Positions 25,605-38,028 of a stretch of DNA of 64,000 nt are shown in pieces. The notes beneath the pieces are model-generated. The model made no database searches. It saw nothing but the letters and a program-made list of their open reading frames with translations, and was not told the DNA's origin. The stretch spans positions 3,658,001 to 3,722,000 of the forward strand of contig NC_042999.1 of NCBI RefSeq assembly GCF_006345805.1, written 5' to 3'. Both the position numbers and the translations under genes were made by a program. Numbering within the stretch: position 1 is the stretch's first letter; the number at the start of each line of letters is the position of its first letter. This DNA is from Octopus sinensis (taxonomy: Eukaryota).

Positions 25605-26388
25605 GACTTGCTAGAGTGTCATAATTGCTAGTGACAGAATTGCTAGAGTGTCAGAATTGCTTGAGTGACAGAATTGCTTGAGTGACAGAATTGCTAGAGT
25701 GACAGAATTGCTAGAGTGACAGAATTGCTTGAGTGACAGAATTGCTAGAGTGTCATAATTGCTAGCGACAGAATTGCTAGAGTGACAGAATTGCGAGAGT
25801 GTCAGAATTGCTTGAGTGACAGAATTGCTAGAGCGTCATAATTGCTAGAATGTCAGAATCGCTAGTGACAGAATTGCTGAGTCACAGAATTGCTTGAGTG
25901 ACAGAATTGCTAGAGTGTCATAATTGCTAGCAACAGAATTGCTAGAGTGACAGAATTGCTTGAGTGACAGAATTGCTAGAGCGTCATAATTGCTAGAATG
26001 TCGGAATCACTAGTGACAGAATTGTTAGAGTGACAGAATTGTTTGAGTGACAGAATTGCTAGAGTGTCATAATTGCTAGCGACAGAATTGCTAGAGTGAC
26101 AGAATTGCTAGAGTGTCAGAATTGCTAGAATTTCGGAATCGCTAGTGACAGAATTGCTAGAATGACAGAATTACTAGAGTGACAGAATTGCTAGAGTGTC
26201 ATAATTGCTAGTGACAGAATTGCTAGAGTGTCATAATTGCTAGTGACAGAATTGCTAGAGCGTCAGAATTGCTAGTGTGTCAGAATTGCTAGAGTGACAG
26301 AATTGGTAGAGTGTCAGAATTGCTAGTGGCAGAACTACTAGAGTGACAGAATTGCTAGACTGATAGAATTGTTACAGCGACAGAAAAT
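25605..26388. repeat. 15/17-bp minisatellite (consensus GTGACAGAATTGCTAGA), roughly 45-48 units
   Basis: Direct inspection; variants gtgtcataattgcta and gtgacagaattgcttga. Confidence 0.95.
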
Positions 26389-26904
26389 GTTTTACAGTCT
26401 TTATTCCAGCTCTTTACAATCTGAGTTCAAGTCCCACTGAAGTCAGCTATACCTTTCATCCTTTTGGGGGTCAATAAGTGCATACAAGTACATACACATA
26501 TAACAGAATAAAAGACAGAGTAAGATTTGCAAGGCATGAAGAGATTTCTATCAGATTTATACAGAAGAGAGTACAAAATATATATAAACTTAGCAGAAAG
26601 CCAAGAAAAATTTGGCAAGTGAAAGTTCAAATTGGTTTAGCATAAGCAGGTACAAATCCAAGAAATTCATACATCAAAGTCATTAATGAGATTGAGGAGA
26701 ATTTTTGAATAGTCCTTCATGTTGATTCAACCTAGATTGTATGTAAAATCCTTGCAAGTAATGCATTGGAAAGTGCAAGTAGCTCTTTACAGCTGTTTCT
26801 GGGGTAAGCAATTCACTAGAAGCAGTTGTGTGCATTGTGTCTATATATACACATAAGGTATATTATTGCAAGTTACTTCATATGAAACAGTACAGCACAG
26901 GTGG

Positions 26905-27130
26905 TGGAGGCGCAATGGCCCAATGGTTAGGGCAGCGGACTCGTAGTTGGAGGATTGCGGTTTCGATTCCCAGACTGGGCATTGTGTGTGTTTAATGAGC
27001 AAAAACACCTAAAGCTCCACGAAGCTCCGGCAGGGAGTGGTGGCGACCCCTGTTCTACTCTTTCGCTCCAACTTTCTCTCACTCTTTCTTCCTGTTTCTT
27101 GTCCCCGACTTCCTACGCAAACGCTGAGCC
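26905..27130 (+). mobile_element. Family D tRNA-derived SINE (5' part)
   Basis: A-box tggcccaatgg, B-box ggtttcgattccc; homologous to 50826-51155. Confidence 0.75.
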
Positions 27131-28206
27131 TGGATGCGCATTCATTCAACCGTCGATGCTCTCAGTGTTGGGGGTTGACCTGCTTTCTCTTCTGCAGGTC
27201 TTACGAATAGCAAAGGACCATGTTTCGGACTTCTCTCACTACAGAAGACCACTTCGCTCCACATCAACATCGTCACAGCACACGTGTAACATATGTGAAC
27301 TTCTTAGACCATCATGAAGAGAAATAAATTATAGTATGTTGTCAACTTAATGTGACAGTTCCATGAAAGGGAAGAACGCTACTGTTATTTAGCCCTAGGA
27401 AACACCGTTTCCTGTTGGACTTTATGTATAAACTGTTAATTAAACAGGTAGATAATCTAATCAAGAAGAGTAAGATATATTAATAAAATAGTCACAGTAG
27501 GGTTGGCAAGGAATAAAAGAGACAACACTAAAATAAAGGGATGAGGAAAATAGTATGTGGGGAAAGAAAGACAAGGGGCAAGACATGAGGGAGAAGTAAG
27601 GGAAGGAAAGGGAGATGTAGAGATAAGGGGTTTGAATGGAATAGCCATAATAGCAATATAATGGACAGTCAATCTAGATAAATGGTCAATCACAAAGGGT
27701 GAGAATGATCCATGCAAGCATGTAAATAGGACATTAAATGATGATGATGATGAATTTTAGCTGACCATTAATTGAGTATATTCACTTTATTAAAAAATGT
27801 CAGACCAATTGAGAAGGGTTTTTTTTTTTCTTTATAAAGGATATTGGTCTTATTAGGCTTTGCATTTATAATAGAAAGAATTTGTTCAAACTCAATTTTT
27901 GTATTTCGGTTGAAATGTTGTAAATTTGCTATTTTATCGAATAGAATTGAGTTGATGGATTAGATGGTCATCGATTAAACAATAATTCCAGAGATGATAA
28001 TGCCTCAAAAGAGTATTTTCTAATCTAATAATGAAGCAATTATACACACACACATATACCCTATACACGGCACTTGTGCCTTTAAAATCTGACCTAATTG
28101 ATTGTATTATATAGTTTTTGATAGTGACTATCATCTCTCTTTACACCATTTTCAGTAAATAATTTTCCTTACAACTTCCCTACAAACATTTTGATTTTAT
28201 ATGCTA

Positions 28207-28602
28207 CTAGCAGTATCGCCCGGCGTTGCTCGGGTTTGTAAGGGAAATAACTATATAAGCATTTTTAGAGATGTAAAGTATAATAGCCATCTCAATATGG
28301 CTAACCACAAGGGGGGGTGTTACTGTAGCTTTTTACGTTCTGGGATTTAATAATGAATTTTTAGAGAGTTACTTCCCTTATATATGCCAAAAATGCATTA
28401 AAAATGGGAAAAATTGATGGTAAATTCTTTTTAAAATCGTAGACTCATCGTAGAGGCGCGCTAATACCCAGAAGTGCTTGATATGAATCACGACTATAAG
28501 ATACCCGGTTTTGGTTAAACTGCACCGCAAAATGTGGGAGTAGTTAGCAATCTAAATCGTAGGAGACAGACAGACACACAACCTCTCTTTTATATATAAA
28601 GA
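28207..28602 (-). mobile_element. Non-autonomous Helitron, copy 4, with an 86-bp foreign insert
   Basis: A|TC...CTAG|T termini; insert 28271-28356 lies between ATTTTTAGAG repeats. Confidence 0.9.
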
Positions 28603-29117
28603 TTTTCATTTTATTTCTGAGAGATATCAACTTTATTAATGAGAGTTTATAATCATATGTTTGACTTGTATTACAAGTGATTTATAAATATTGTTATAAT
28701 ATTTGGAAAAACTATTAATTTATTCTGAATTGGTTGAGCAATGGATCACCAACTTTATTCACTTTCTCATAAAATGCTCATTTAACATGACATTATCACC
28801 AATTCCCAGCAGTTCCTGATAAAATGGGTATATATTTTTAACATTAGGTCATCATTAATTTTGTATAGTTTCAATTAAAATTCATTGATAAACATCAGAT
28901 CATCAACCATTTCACATATTTTTGCAGTTCAAATGATTTTGCTACATTGTTGGAACAAAGATAATTCTTTATAATATTTGTTGTGACACTTTAGATTCTG
29001 CCAAGGCCAAGGGTATCTTTCACCATTTCAGATACAATACATAGTACTAGTCTAACACTGATGTTCAGTTTAGGATATTTTGTTGTAAACGTTTTTACTG
29101 GAGGAAAATTCACTATT

Positions 29118-29496
29118 GGTGCAGGAGTGGTTGTGTGTTAAGTAGCTTGCTTACCAACCACATGGGCAAGTGTCTTCTGCTATAGCCTCGGGTTGACCAA
29201 AGCCTTCTGAGTGGATTTGGTAGACGTAAACTGAAAAAAGCCCGTCATATATATATATATACACATATATATATATACACATATATATATATATATGCGT
29301 ATGTGTGTGTTTGTGTGTCTGTGTTTGTCCCCCAACATCACTTGACAACCGTAACTTAGTGGTTCGGCAAAAGAGACCGATAGAATAAGTACTAGGCTTA
29401 CAAAGAATAAGTCCCGGGGTCGATTTGCTCGACTAAAGGTGGTGCTTCAGCATGGCCACAGTCGCATGACTGAAACAAGTAAAAGAGTAAAAGAAT
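29118..29496 (+). mobile_element. Family A CORE-type SINE
   Basis: Head/core/tail with small internal deletions. Confidence 0.85.
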
Positions 29497-30437
29497 AATG
29501 GGTAATGTTTATTACATCTATTCAAGTGGTCAATTGTTCAATTAGTGCTTAGTTTTTACTGACCCTGAAAGGACGAAAGTTAAAATCAACCTCAGCAGAT
29601 CTGAACTCAGAGCATGAAGATCCGGAAGAAATGCCATGAAGTTCTACCAGCTCACTGCATTCACTACCATTGCTGCTGTCACATCTGTACTTTGGAGGGC
29701 AAGGAATAATTTAATATCCATCGAACCCAGAATGATAAAAGGCAAACTTTACCTTAGCAGGGTTTGAACTGGAGCAACCGCTGCTTGGTCTATTTCTGAG
29801 ATGCTCTTATGATTCTAATAGTTTTGAGGGGAGCGGATAATTTTGATAACATCAATGCCAGCCTGACTGGCGATTTTGGCTTAAATATTTTTACCGGAAC
29901 CATGTGGTTGGTAAGCAAGCTACTTACCACACAGCCACTCCTACGCCTGGTTATTATTAACTTAAAATTTAACAAATAATTTGTATTAAAGTCAGGCTAT
30001 AACAAGTTTCTATAGACAGAGTGAAATGGTTCTTATATTACATTTGCTTTTCCTTGAAGGAATTAACTTTAGTTTCAAAGACAGGAGCCAGTAATTAAAC
30101 AGGAAACACCAAATGTTTAATCTGTATCGCAGACAAGTTATTCTGTATCAATTTTGTTCAAACAATATGATTGAGAGCTTAAAAAGTTATGCTGCCTGCT
30201 TATTGAATAACTTCCTCTGTAGATCACATTAATATTTAAAGCAAACATTTAAGGACGTCGTTGTTATCGACATTATCATCATCTTAACATCTCCTTCTCT
30301 ATGCATGCAGGGTTCAGAGAGGAGTATTTTGGAGGAGACTTTTCCACATTCAGATGTCCTTACTGTCTTTACTAAACCCCATTTCTTTGCAACAAACACC
30401 CCAGACATCCTTATGTGCATAAACAAAACTTTTATAT

Positions 30438-30835
30438 CTTTTACTTGTTTCAGTCATTAGACTGTTACGGCCATGCTGGAGCACTGCCTTGAAGAATTTT
30501 AGTTGAAGGAATCAAACTCAGCACTAATTTTATTTTTTAAGCCTAGTACTTATTCTATCAGATTCTTTTGCCAAACTGCTAAGTGATAGGGATGTAAACA
30601 GACCAACACCAGTTGTCAAGCAGTGGTGGGGGACAAGCACAGACACAGAGACACACACACAAATACACACACACACATATGATGGGCTTCTTTCAGTTTC
30701 TGTCTACCAAATAAACTCACAAGGCTTTGGTCGGTCTGAGGCTATAGTAGAAGACACTTGCTCAAGGTACCATGCAGTGGGTCTGAACTCGGAACCATTT
30801 AGTTGGGAAGCAAACTTCTTACCACACAGCCATGC
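30438..30835 (-). mobile_element. Family A CORE-type SINE
   Basis: Reverse-complement match. Confidence 0.85.
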
Positions 30836-31199
30836 TCGTGTGACATGTCTAGCAACCGAGACATGCTTTTGAAAATTGATGTAATTGATTAAGTTATACA
30901 ATGTTTGTATCACTGGTATGTCAGAACACTTGTATAAATAATAATAATCTTCAAATCATTTTACTCACAACATTCATATACTGGGCACTGATAAAATTTT
31001 ATCCTTATATTAGTAATATATATATATATAGAATGGTTGTATACTGTCAATGTAACAAGAATGTGACAGTAGGGGGTACACCACCACTGTATAGCCCTAG
31101 GAAGCATCGAACGCCTCCTGATGGCTTTGACACACTTTTCCTGTGTCCTTATATATATATACGAAGGGGAGACAAACACCCCCGGCCGCCGAAACTGCA

Positions 31200-31244
31200 T
31201 CTAGGGACACGTGTTTCAGGATCGTTGTCCTTCATCGGCCTAGA
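31200..31244 (-). ncRNA. Minimal type I hammerhead ribozyme motif (U4C core variant)
   Basis: TCTAGG-CCGATGA-AGGA(CAACGA)TCCT-GAA-A(CACGTG)T-C-CCTAGA: 6-bp stem I, 4-bp stem II, palindromic stem III, cleavage triplet GUC. Confidence 0.75.
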
Positions 31245-31334
31245 GTAGCAGACACCGGTCAACCGGTGATATTTGTCTCGACTTCGTAATTGTATATATC
31301 TATACTCAGTGAAGTCTATTCACTGATTATCAAA

Positions 31335-31598
31335 ATAAGAAATATTGAATTTCTAAATCTCTCGTAGAGACATGTACGCTGGTGGGGCGATAGAATGGTT
31401 GTATACTGTCAATCTAACAAGAAGGTGACAGTAGGGGGTACACCACCGCTGTATAGCCCTAGGAAGCATCCTAGGGCTGTACAGCGGTGGTGTACCCCCT
31501 ACTGTCACCTTCTTGTTAGATTGACAGTATACAACCATTCTATCGCCCCACCAGCGTACATGTCTCTACGAGAGATTTAGAAATTCAATATTTCTTAT
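31335..31598. repeat. Long palindrome (130-bp arms, 4-nt loop, one mismatch)
   Basis: 31335-31464 vs 31469-31598; single T/G mismatch at 31454/31479. Confidence 0.95.
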
Positions 31599-31609
31599 AT
31601 ATATATACC

Positions 31610-32043
31610 GAAATCAAACTCGGCGACTTGGCATCCGTTGCTAGTGGAGCGCTAAGAGTACTATACAAGTGAGATCGTTGCCAGAGCAACAAGCTGGCCT
31701 TCGTGCCAATGGCACGTTAAGCACACCATTCAAGCGTGATCATTACCTGCATCGCCTTACTGGCACTTGTGCTGGTGGCATGTGAAAGACAACATTCAAG
31801 TGAGATCGTTGCCAGTGCTGCTGGACTGGCACATAAAAAGCACCATTTGAGTGTGGCCATTGCTAGTACCACCTAACTGGCCCTCGTGCCAGTGGCATGT
31901 AAAAACACCCACTACACTCTCGGAGTGGTTGGCGTTAGGAAGGGCATCCAGCTGTAGAAACTCTGCCAGATCAGATTGGAGTCTGGTTCGCCAGACCTGT
32001 CAAATCGTCCAACCCATGCTAGCATGGAAAGCGGACGTTAAAC

Positions 32044-32074
<31 letters not shown>

Positions 32075-32075
32075 C
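31610..32075 (+). mobile_element. Family C repeat with internal tandem subrepeats and a (GAT)n tail
   Basis: ...ggcgttaggaagggcatccagctgtagaaac...cgttaaacgatgatgat. Confidence 0.8.
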
Positions 32076-34159
32076 ATGCAAATATTTGTTATTGCTTGTT
32101 TCCATCCATAATAGACATTACCAGTTCTATTGAAGGCAGTTGATATTCATGCAAGCAATACATGATTTATTACAGTTACAATATATTTACCCTCTTTACA
32201 TTTCTTATGAATTGGTTAATATTGGATTGGCACCAAATTCATTAAGTTTCTTATTAATTATTTAATTAACATTCAATCATCTCTAATTTCATGTACTTTC
32301 TTACACTCTAGTTATTTAACAATGGATTGTCACCAGTTTTATCTGGTTTTCAATATTTCGCTAATTAGCATTGGATTATCACCAGTCCTAAAGTTTCCTA
32401 TTAATTGGTTAATCATCAATTCCACACACCTCATTATAATTTGGTTATTTAACCGTGATTATAACTAATTCTGTGTAGTTCCTTCCTAAATTGCTTGTTT
32501 CACATTGGATTATCAGAGATTACATGCAGTTCCTTATATCCTGCTCATCTGGCATTCAATCACCATTAATTAATCTGGTTTCTTATGAAGTGGTTATTTA
32601 ATACTTATTGCTGAAGAATTCTTGTAGTTTATTAAGGAATGATTATCTAATATTGGATCCTCATAGATTCTTGCACTTACATAGAATTTGCTTATTGAAC
32701 ATTCATTATCACTAATTTCATGTAATTTTGTCTCGTGGTGTATTTAAGAATTCTGTATATAGCCTTAAGAAAAAAATAGCATTTCGGTCTAAGTTCTTTC
32801 AATTTCATTTCAAATTTAGATAATTGAAATAATTCTTCCTTAAGTGTGGAAGCTGAGTCAATGGAGAGGAGTTACAAGCAGTTTAAATGCACAAGTCTCT
32901 GATATCCAAATGGCTAAAAGTCTCAGCAGAAGGATACCCGGGTGTCATAACCTGGATGCAGCTCTGCTCTTTAGGATGTAAGAAGTTAGGGGCTGAAACT
33001 CTTACCTGAGGTGGGAGGGGCTTCTCTGAAGACCTTCACCTGTTCAGCTCTCTTGAGAGTTTCTTACCACTTTTTCTTAATGTAAAAAGTATTTCAATTT
33101 TCCATTATTTCAAATGTAAAATCCATAATGAGAGAAACTGATAAGGGTTTGCACCAGTAATAATTAATCATAGAAGTGTAGCTTTTAAAACAAATGTGGC
33201 TACAATGAGGAAAGAAAAATGTTTGACATTTTGGACAATGAACCAGCATCAAAAATATGGACCCTTTATTTTCTCCACCTAATTACATTGGTTTGATTTT
33301 TTTTTGTCTCTCTTTAGACTGTATATTCCTTTCAACTCTAGGCACAAGGCCTGAAATTTGGGGGGAGGGAGGCCAGTCGATTACATCAAACCCAGTATAC
33401 AACTGGTACTTAATTTATCGACCCCGAAAGGATGACAGGCAAAGTCGAATTCAGAACATAAAGACAGACGAAATATGGCTACGCATTTCGCCCGGTGTGC
33501 TAATGTTTCTGCCAGTTTGCCGCCTTCTTTGGATTGTATATTGTGCAATCTCTTACTCTCTTTGTGATAAAATCTTCAAGGCACAGGCATGGCTGTGTAG
33601 CAAAAGCAATCAATAGAATAAGTACCAGGATTTTTAAAAATAACTACTGGGGTCAAAATTCTTCAAGTGATGCACCAGCATGGCCACTGTCTACATGACT
33701 GAACCAAGTAAAAAAATCGAAGATTATGAGGGAAAGAAAATCAATGGGAAAAATTTTTTTCTTTGGGTTTTTGTTTTGACATTTAGAATTATATTAATTT
33801 AATCAAAGAAGGCAAAAAAATTTCTTCTGGCTCTATGTTCCAGGTTCAAATGCCACTGAGGTTGACTTTGCCTTTCAACTTTTTGGGATCGATAAAAATA
33901 TATCAGTTGAGCAGTGGGGGTCAATGTGGTAACTAGGTCAGCTAGAAATATCAGAAGAATCCCAGAGGAATGCATCACTAGCAGCAAAGGCTTTCATGAG
34001 AAACAAAAGCAACCAAACATGAATTTTCATGAAAGAGATGTGAAAATATTGATATTAAGAGAAGGGCAACCAGTAAGATCACATTTTCCCTTAAGATAGA
34101 TGCATATAAAATAAAGAGCAATACATCTATAATAATAAAAGTGCAATGAATAAAGTGAC

Positions 34160-34379
34160 TTAACCCTCTCGATACCAACCCGCCTGAAACTGTAGTACAG
34201 TTGTCTTGTTTTCATAGGTTCTGAATTAAAATCTTTCACAAAACCTTAGTCACAATTTATGTTCCTAACGCTAGCTTAATGATATAACTAAGTTATTTTA
34301 CTAAATTCTTTGTTATATTTAAAATCAATTGAAAGAAACACAGAACACCTCAACAGAAATATGGTAAAGAAAGGGTTAA
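34160..34379. mobile_element. piggyBac-type MITE with TTAA target duplication
   Basis: TTAA-CCCTCTCGATACC...GGTAAAGAAAGGG-TTAA. Confidence 0.8.
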
Positions 34380-34428
34380 AGCTAGAAAGAAGAAATTCAT
34401 GCTGAACTTGACATTGTTTTCCTTTACC

Positions 34429-34661
34429 TATTTCTTTGCTACCCATGAGGGGCTAAACACAAAGAGGACAAACAAGGACAGACAAATGGCTTAAGTCAAT
34501 TATATCGACCCCAGTGCGTAACTGGTACTTATTGAATCGACCCCGAAAGGATGAAAGGCAGAGTCAACCTCAGCGGAATTTGAACTCAGAATGTAACAGC
34601 TGACGAAATACTGCTCAGCATTTCACCCGGCATGCTAACATTTCTGCCAGTTCACCGCCTT
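34429..34661 (-). mobile_element. Family B SINE with a 16-bp TSD
   Basis: attgttttcctttacc at 34413-34428 and 34662-34677. Confidence 0.9.
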
Positions 34662-35452
34662 ATTGTTTTCCTTTACCACAGGAGAGTGTGGTAAAAAAAA
34701 AATGTTCACCTTATGTACCTTAATATTTATTGCTATACCATAATTAATATTCTCTTATATACATCATCATCTAGTTAAATCCCTTAACAGTTATTAATTG
34801 CAGGTAGGCACACCATATTTCGTTTTTCAACCATAATATATTAAAGGTTTGTAAGTCAGTACTGTGTGCTACTTTTTGTGTTGGCAGTGCAATTTAGCCC
34901 CTTTTAAGTTATCCCTACAGATCTATGGAATTTAGAGCCAACATTAAAACTTCCAACTTTCCATATACAAATGTGTCTCTGTAGATAATGCAATCAAAGA
35001 CAGAAAAAGAAGTAACAAGTGTACATACATATTTCAGGTTTTATTGCCTCTTCTTCAGTATCACATTCAACCCATTTACTAGCCACAAATATATTGCTTA
35101 AATAGCCACTAAGTTTAGCAGTGTAACACTATTGGATACACCAATTTACATATTAACAGAGACCAATTTGCATATTAACAGTTCTCAACATTCTTCTTGA
35201 GTTGCAGTTGAATTTCATCCCACTGGGTTGATAAATACATACCAGTAATATAACGGAATTTTAATTTAATTAATTACCTCCATCTGTGGAAAAATATAGC
35301 CTCTTGTGCCAAAGTTGGAAATCAGTATTTCAATAATTAATAATGTTGCTTGAAAAACATTATTATGTAAAAGTGTTAACAGAGAATTCCTATGATGCAA
35401 AAAGTTCATTATGCTGAGCAAAGAAGATGGTAAAGGTGTGTGTATAACAGAA

Positions 35453-35860
35453 AAGGCGGCAAGCTGGCAGAAACTTTAGCACGCCGGTCGAAATGCTTAG
35501 CGGTATTTCGTCTACCGTTATGTTCTGAGTTCAAATTCCACTGAGGTGAACTTCGCCTTTCATCCTCTCGGGGTCGATAAATTGAGTACCAGTTACGCAC
35601 TGGGGTCGATATAATCGACTTTATCCGTTTATCCTCTCTGTGTTTAGCCCCTTGTGTGTAGTAAAGAAATAGGTATTTCGTCTGCCGTTATGTTCTGAGT
35701 TCAAATTCCGCTGAGGTGAACTTTGCCTTTCATCCTTTCGGGGTCGATTAAATAATTACCAATTATGCACTGGGGTCGATGTAATTGACTTAATCCCTTT
35801 GTCTGTCCTTGTTTGTCCCCTCTATGTTTAGCTTCCTGTGGGCAATAAAGAAATAAGAAA
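35453..35860 (+). mobile_element. Family B SINE dimer (second unit headless, different tail)
   Basis: Junction ataggtatttcgtctg at about 35669-35684. Confidence 0.85.
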
Positions 35861-37099
35861 GAGAGGCAAACGAAAACTACAAACAGACACACAGCACTTA
35901 GCTGTGCATGTGTGGGTAGATGCAGAAGGCAGAAAAGACTGCCTTTATGGCAAATAAAATGAAATAATGTATGGGTAGATATTAAATGATGATGATGTAT
36001 GTAAACCAATCATTTAGAAAGCATCATGCAATAGAGATAAGTACCGATATCTCACTGAGATTTTGAGGAATTGATAGCGAGTACAAACGGTACTCCTCGG
36101 CGCCAGTAAAGGAATAAGGGAAGTTTCAGAAAAGCTATGAATATCTGATAGGCCCTACCATATTAAAAAGGATGAAAAAAATTCAGAAGCTCCCTGGAAG
36201 TTTTAAGTGCATTTAACCCTTGGATCTCTGAAACCTGTCATGTTCTATTTGTTCCATTTGTTCTGCTTTGCAAAAATAATATTTCATATGGAGATCCTGG
36301 TTTATCATTTCTTGCATTCAGAAAACAACAGAATAGATTTTGCTGATTGCTAAAAAAAAAATAAAAGCTTGTTATTTTTCTGTCTCTTTTTTTTTTTTTA
36401 TTTTTTTTTAATCATGAAATCTAATGGTGTTTCAAAGCAAAACATGCTTTGATAGGGTTTAAAAACAGAATGCCATACTAGAATGTTGTAATGTTGTTAT
36501 GACTTTGTTCTTTGCTTTTTAGTTTGACTCAGTTACCGTATCACAGTAGTTAACACATTAAAGTTATCAGCTCTGCTAGAAGACGTGGCTTCTGTATCAC
36601 TTAAATTTCCATCACACAGCCTTCATTTTATCACTGTCAAGCACACAGTTCGTATGCTTTACAACCAGTCACCATTAAATCCACCCAAGTCAAGGCATAT
36701 GAGGAATTCTGGACACACAAGTAAAAACAAGCCTCAAGTCTTCAACAGAGGCAGATTTCCATTAGTGTTGCACTCAAACTAGAACGCAAGTCTTTTTCTT
36801 ATGTTTTTCCTAGTTATTTTGTGCGTATGGGTGCATGTGCACGCATGCTTGTGTGCATGTGTGTGTGCGTATGCGTGCGAGCGCACGTGTGTGCTTTTTA
36901 TATTTCAACAGAAGTAGCATTAGGAAAAGTTCAATTACAACAGATTCAATTTGTCAAATGTATAAAATGTCAAGAAAAAAATATTGCCATGGCAACCACC
37001 ATTGCATTCACAATAGAAAGATGTTAACATGTTTATATTGCAGTGATATAAACTGTGTGCATTTGTGATAGTGCATATGTATGACAGCATATGAACATG

Positions 37100-37166
37100 T
37101 GCAATATATATATACACACACATACACACACATGTATGTATATATGCATGCATCTCTATCTATCTA

Positions 37167-37216
<50 letters not shown>

Positions 37217-37264
37217 TGTATATATATATGCATGCATCTCTATCTATCTATCTATCTATCAATC

Positions 37265-37300
<36 letters not shown>

Positions 37301-37380
37301 AATTTATATATATATTATATATATATACACACACTATTTACACATATATCTGCACATATGTGTACACATGTGTAGATATA
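37100..37380. repeat. (TA)n/(TCTA)n/(CA)n microsatellite
   Basis: Direct inspection. Confidence 0.9.
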
Positions 37381-38028
37381 CATGCATTTCTCAAAAGTAT
37401 GCAATGCGCTGCAAATGGAAGTAATATATTTTTCATATTTTCCAAGAGTTTTACAAATTCTCAATTCAAAATACACCATTTCCACTTGTTCTTTTTATTC
37501 TTTTACACCATTACATAATGCTTTGACAACAGTCGTACAATAGACACCCTTTCCTAGAATATGCCATCGTTGAAAAAATTTTGTGCTTTTCTCTCTTTGG
37601 TTTTGTCTCTTTTGCTTTGTTTTGTATTTGTTGTTGTTGTGGTTGTTTGTTTTCTCCAAATTTTGGTTGATACTTGACAGATGCTGATAACCTGTTAGCA
37701 AAATAAATTCTGGCCTCTATCATCACTACCATTATCAGTAAAGTTTCATAGATAATGAGAGTTATTGTGAAGGGCAGTAAAGTACTGGCCTTTATCAATC
37801 ACCACCACAATTGTCATCATCCTCATCCTAGTCTAAATCAATAATTATCATCACTATCCTGAGGTCAGACAAATGATAACAAATTTTCTCAGCCTGTAAA
37901 GTGTTATTAAATTACTTTCTGCTCTGCAAGTCACTGTTAGAATTGGGAGATGTAGAGTTCCAATATATGCAAGTATTAGCTGCCAAACGGTTATTGGATA
38001 TAAATTACACACACATATATATATATGT

